Of a DNA stretch of 64,000 nt, positions 63,268 to 64,000 are shown in pieces. The notes beneath the pieces are model-generated. The model was not told where the DNA came from. It did no database searches and worked only from the letters and a program-made list of their open reading frames with translations. Position numbers and translations under genes: made by a program. The stretch's first letter is position 1. Each line of letters opens with the position of its first letter. Origin of the DNA: Takakia lepidozioides (lineage: Eukaryota; Plantae; Bryophyta); assembly GCA_030704615.1 (NCBI GenBank), contig CM060732.1, positions 62,682,001-62,746,000 on the forward strand. Reading direction: 5' to 3'.

Positions 63268-64000
63268 TTTTCATATTCTATGAGCAACATTGATACAACA
63301 TTTTCAGAAATTTATGATTTATGAATCGTTAATCATTTGTCCGCTAATGAAGTTCACAGCTTATTCTTCAATATTATGCTCTCTTTCAATCTTATTTCTA
63401 AACATATCGCACATCCAAATTATGAACTATTGCTCCGCAAAACGACTAAACCACGCACAACTAATAGGCATTTTTACTTGAACATCTGATTGTCTTGCAA
63501 CGGTAACGTGTCTTCCTTAGTCCTTCATCCCTCTCCACTGTTTGTACCTAGCCATCGATGATTCACTACATAGCTCAACACCTCCGCTCTTGCTCTATCA
63601 CATCGTCTACAAAGTTTTTTTCTTTTTTCTTTTTTCTTTTTAGAAAGTTAACAACCTTAGGGCCCCGGCCGCACCCGGCTGCTAAGCGGCCTGCAAGCTA
63701 GTTAGCAACCGGTAACTGCATGGTGACGGCCACACTTGCACGTTAGGGACCCCGCTAGTAGGCTCTTAGCAGCCATTAAAAATAACGAAGGACTCCTATG
63801 ACATTTAACATCTCCTCTCCCCCAGGTGTTAAATCTCAGTCACTTGCTAAAAATCGGGTAGTGTGCTTGCGATTCATCCCACTCTGCGCGCAACAAGGTA
63901 GGTGCCCAGCTTCAGCTATGTTTCCCCGTCTTGTCTCTCCCATTCTCCCTCCATGCCGGGCCTCTCTCAATCCCTTTCATTGTCTTCTCGTTGCTTTCTT

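Noticed and set aside
63657-63780. TTA-GGGCC start resembling a Harbinger/Tourist TIR, with an inner GGCTGCTAAG/CTTAGCAGCC inverted repeat
   Set aside because: No matching second terminus lies within the window.

Overview
Eukaryotic nuclear DNA from a land plant. The PPR architecture and transposon types suggest a bryophyte or other early-diverging plant; this is inference. Six host genes are supported: a secreted glyoxal/galactose oxidase (GLOX), the U2AF35-related splicing factor ZRSR/RGH3, the small acidic protein SMAP1, a CBM20 starch-binding protein, nucleoporin Nup54, and a PLS-class PPR gene head-to-head with Nup54 whose DYW deaminase tail has decayed. The centre of the window is a transposon nest. 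A near-complete chromodomain Ty3/gypsy element (39105-46077, paired LTRs, TCGGT target-site duplication, tRNA-iMet PBS) sits inside the pol gene of an older Ty3/gypsy element whose integrase ends in an intact PHD finger. Also present are a Dualen/RandI-like non-LTR remnant, a TTAA-flanked piggyBac-like MITE, a hAT MITE with an 8-bp TSD inside an L1 fragment, a diverged solo LTR, a hairpin cluster upstream of GLOX, and two small dispersed repeat families. Exon boundaries were read by eye from GT/AG signals and phase, and protein identities come from recalled motifs; no database search was run.
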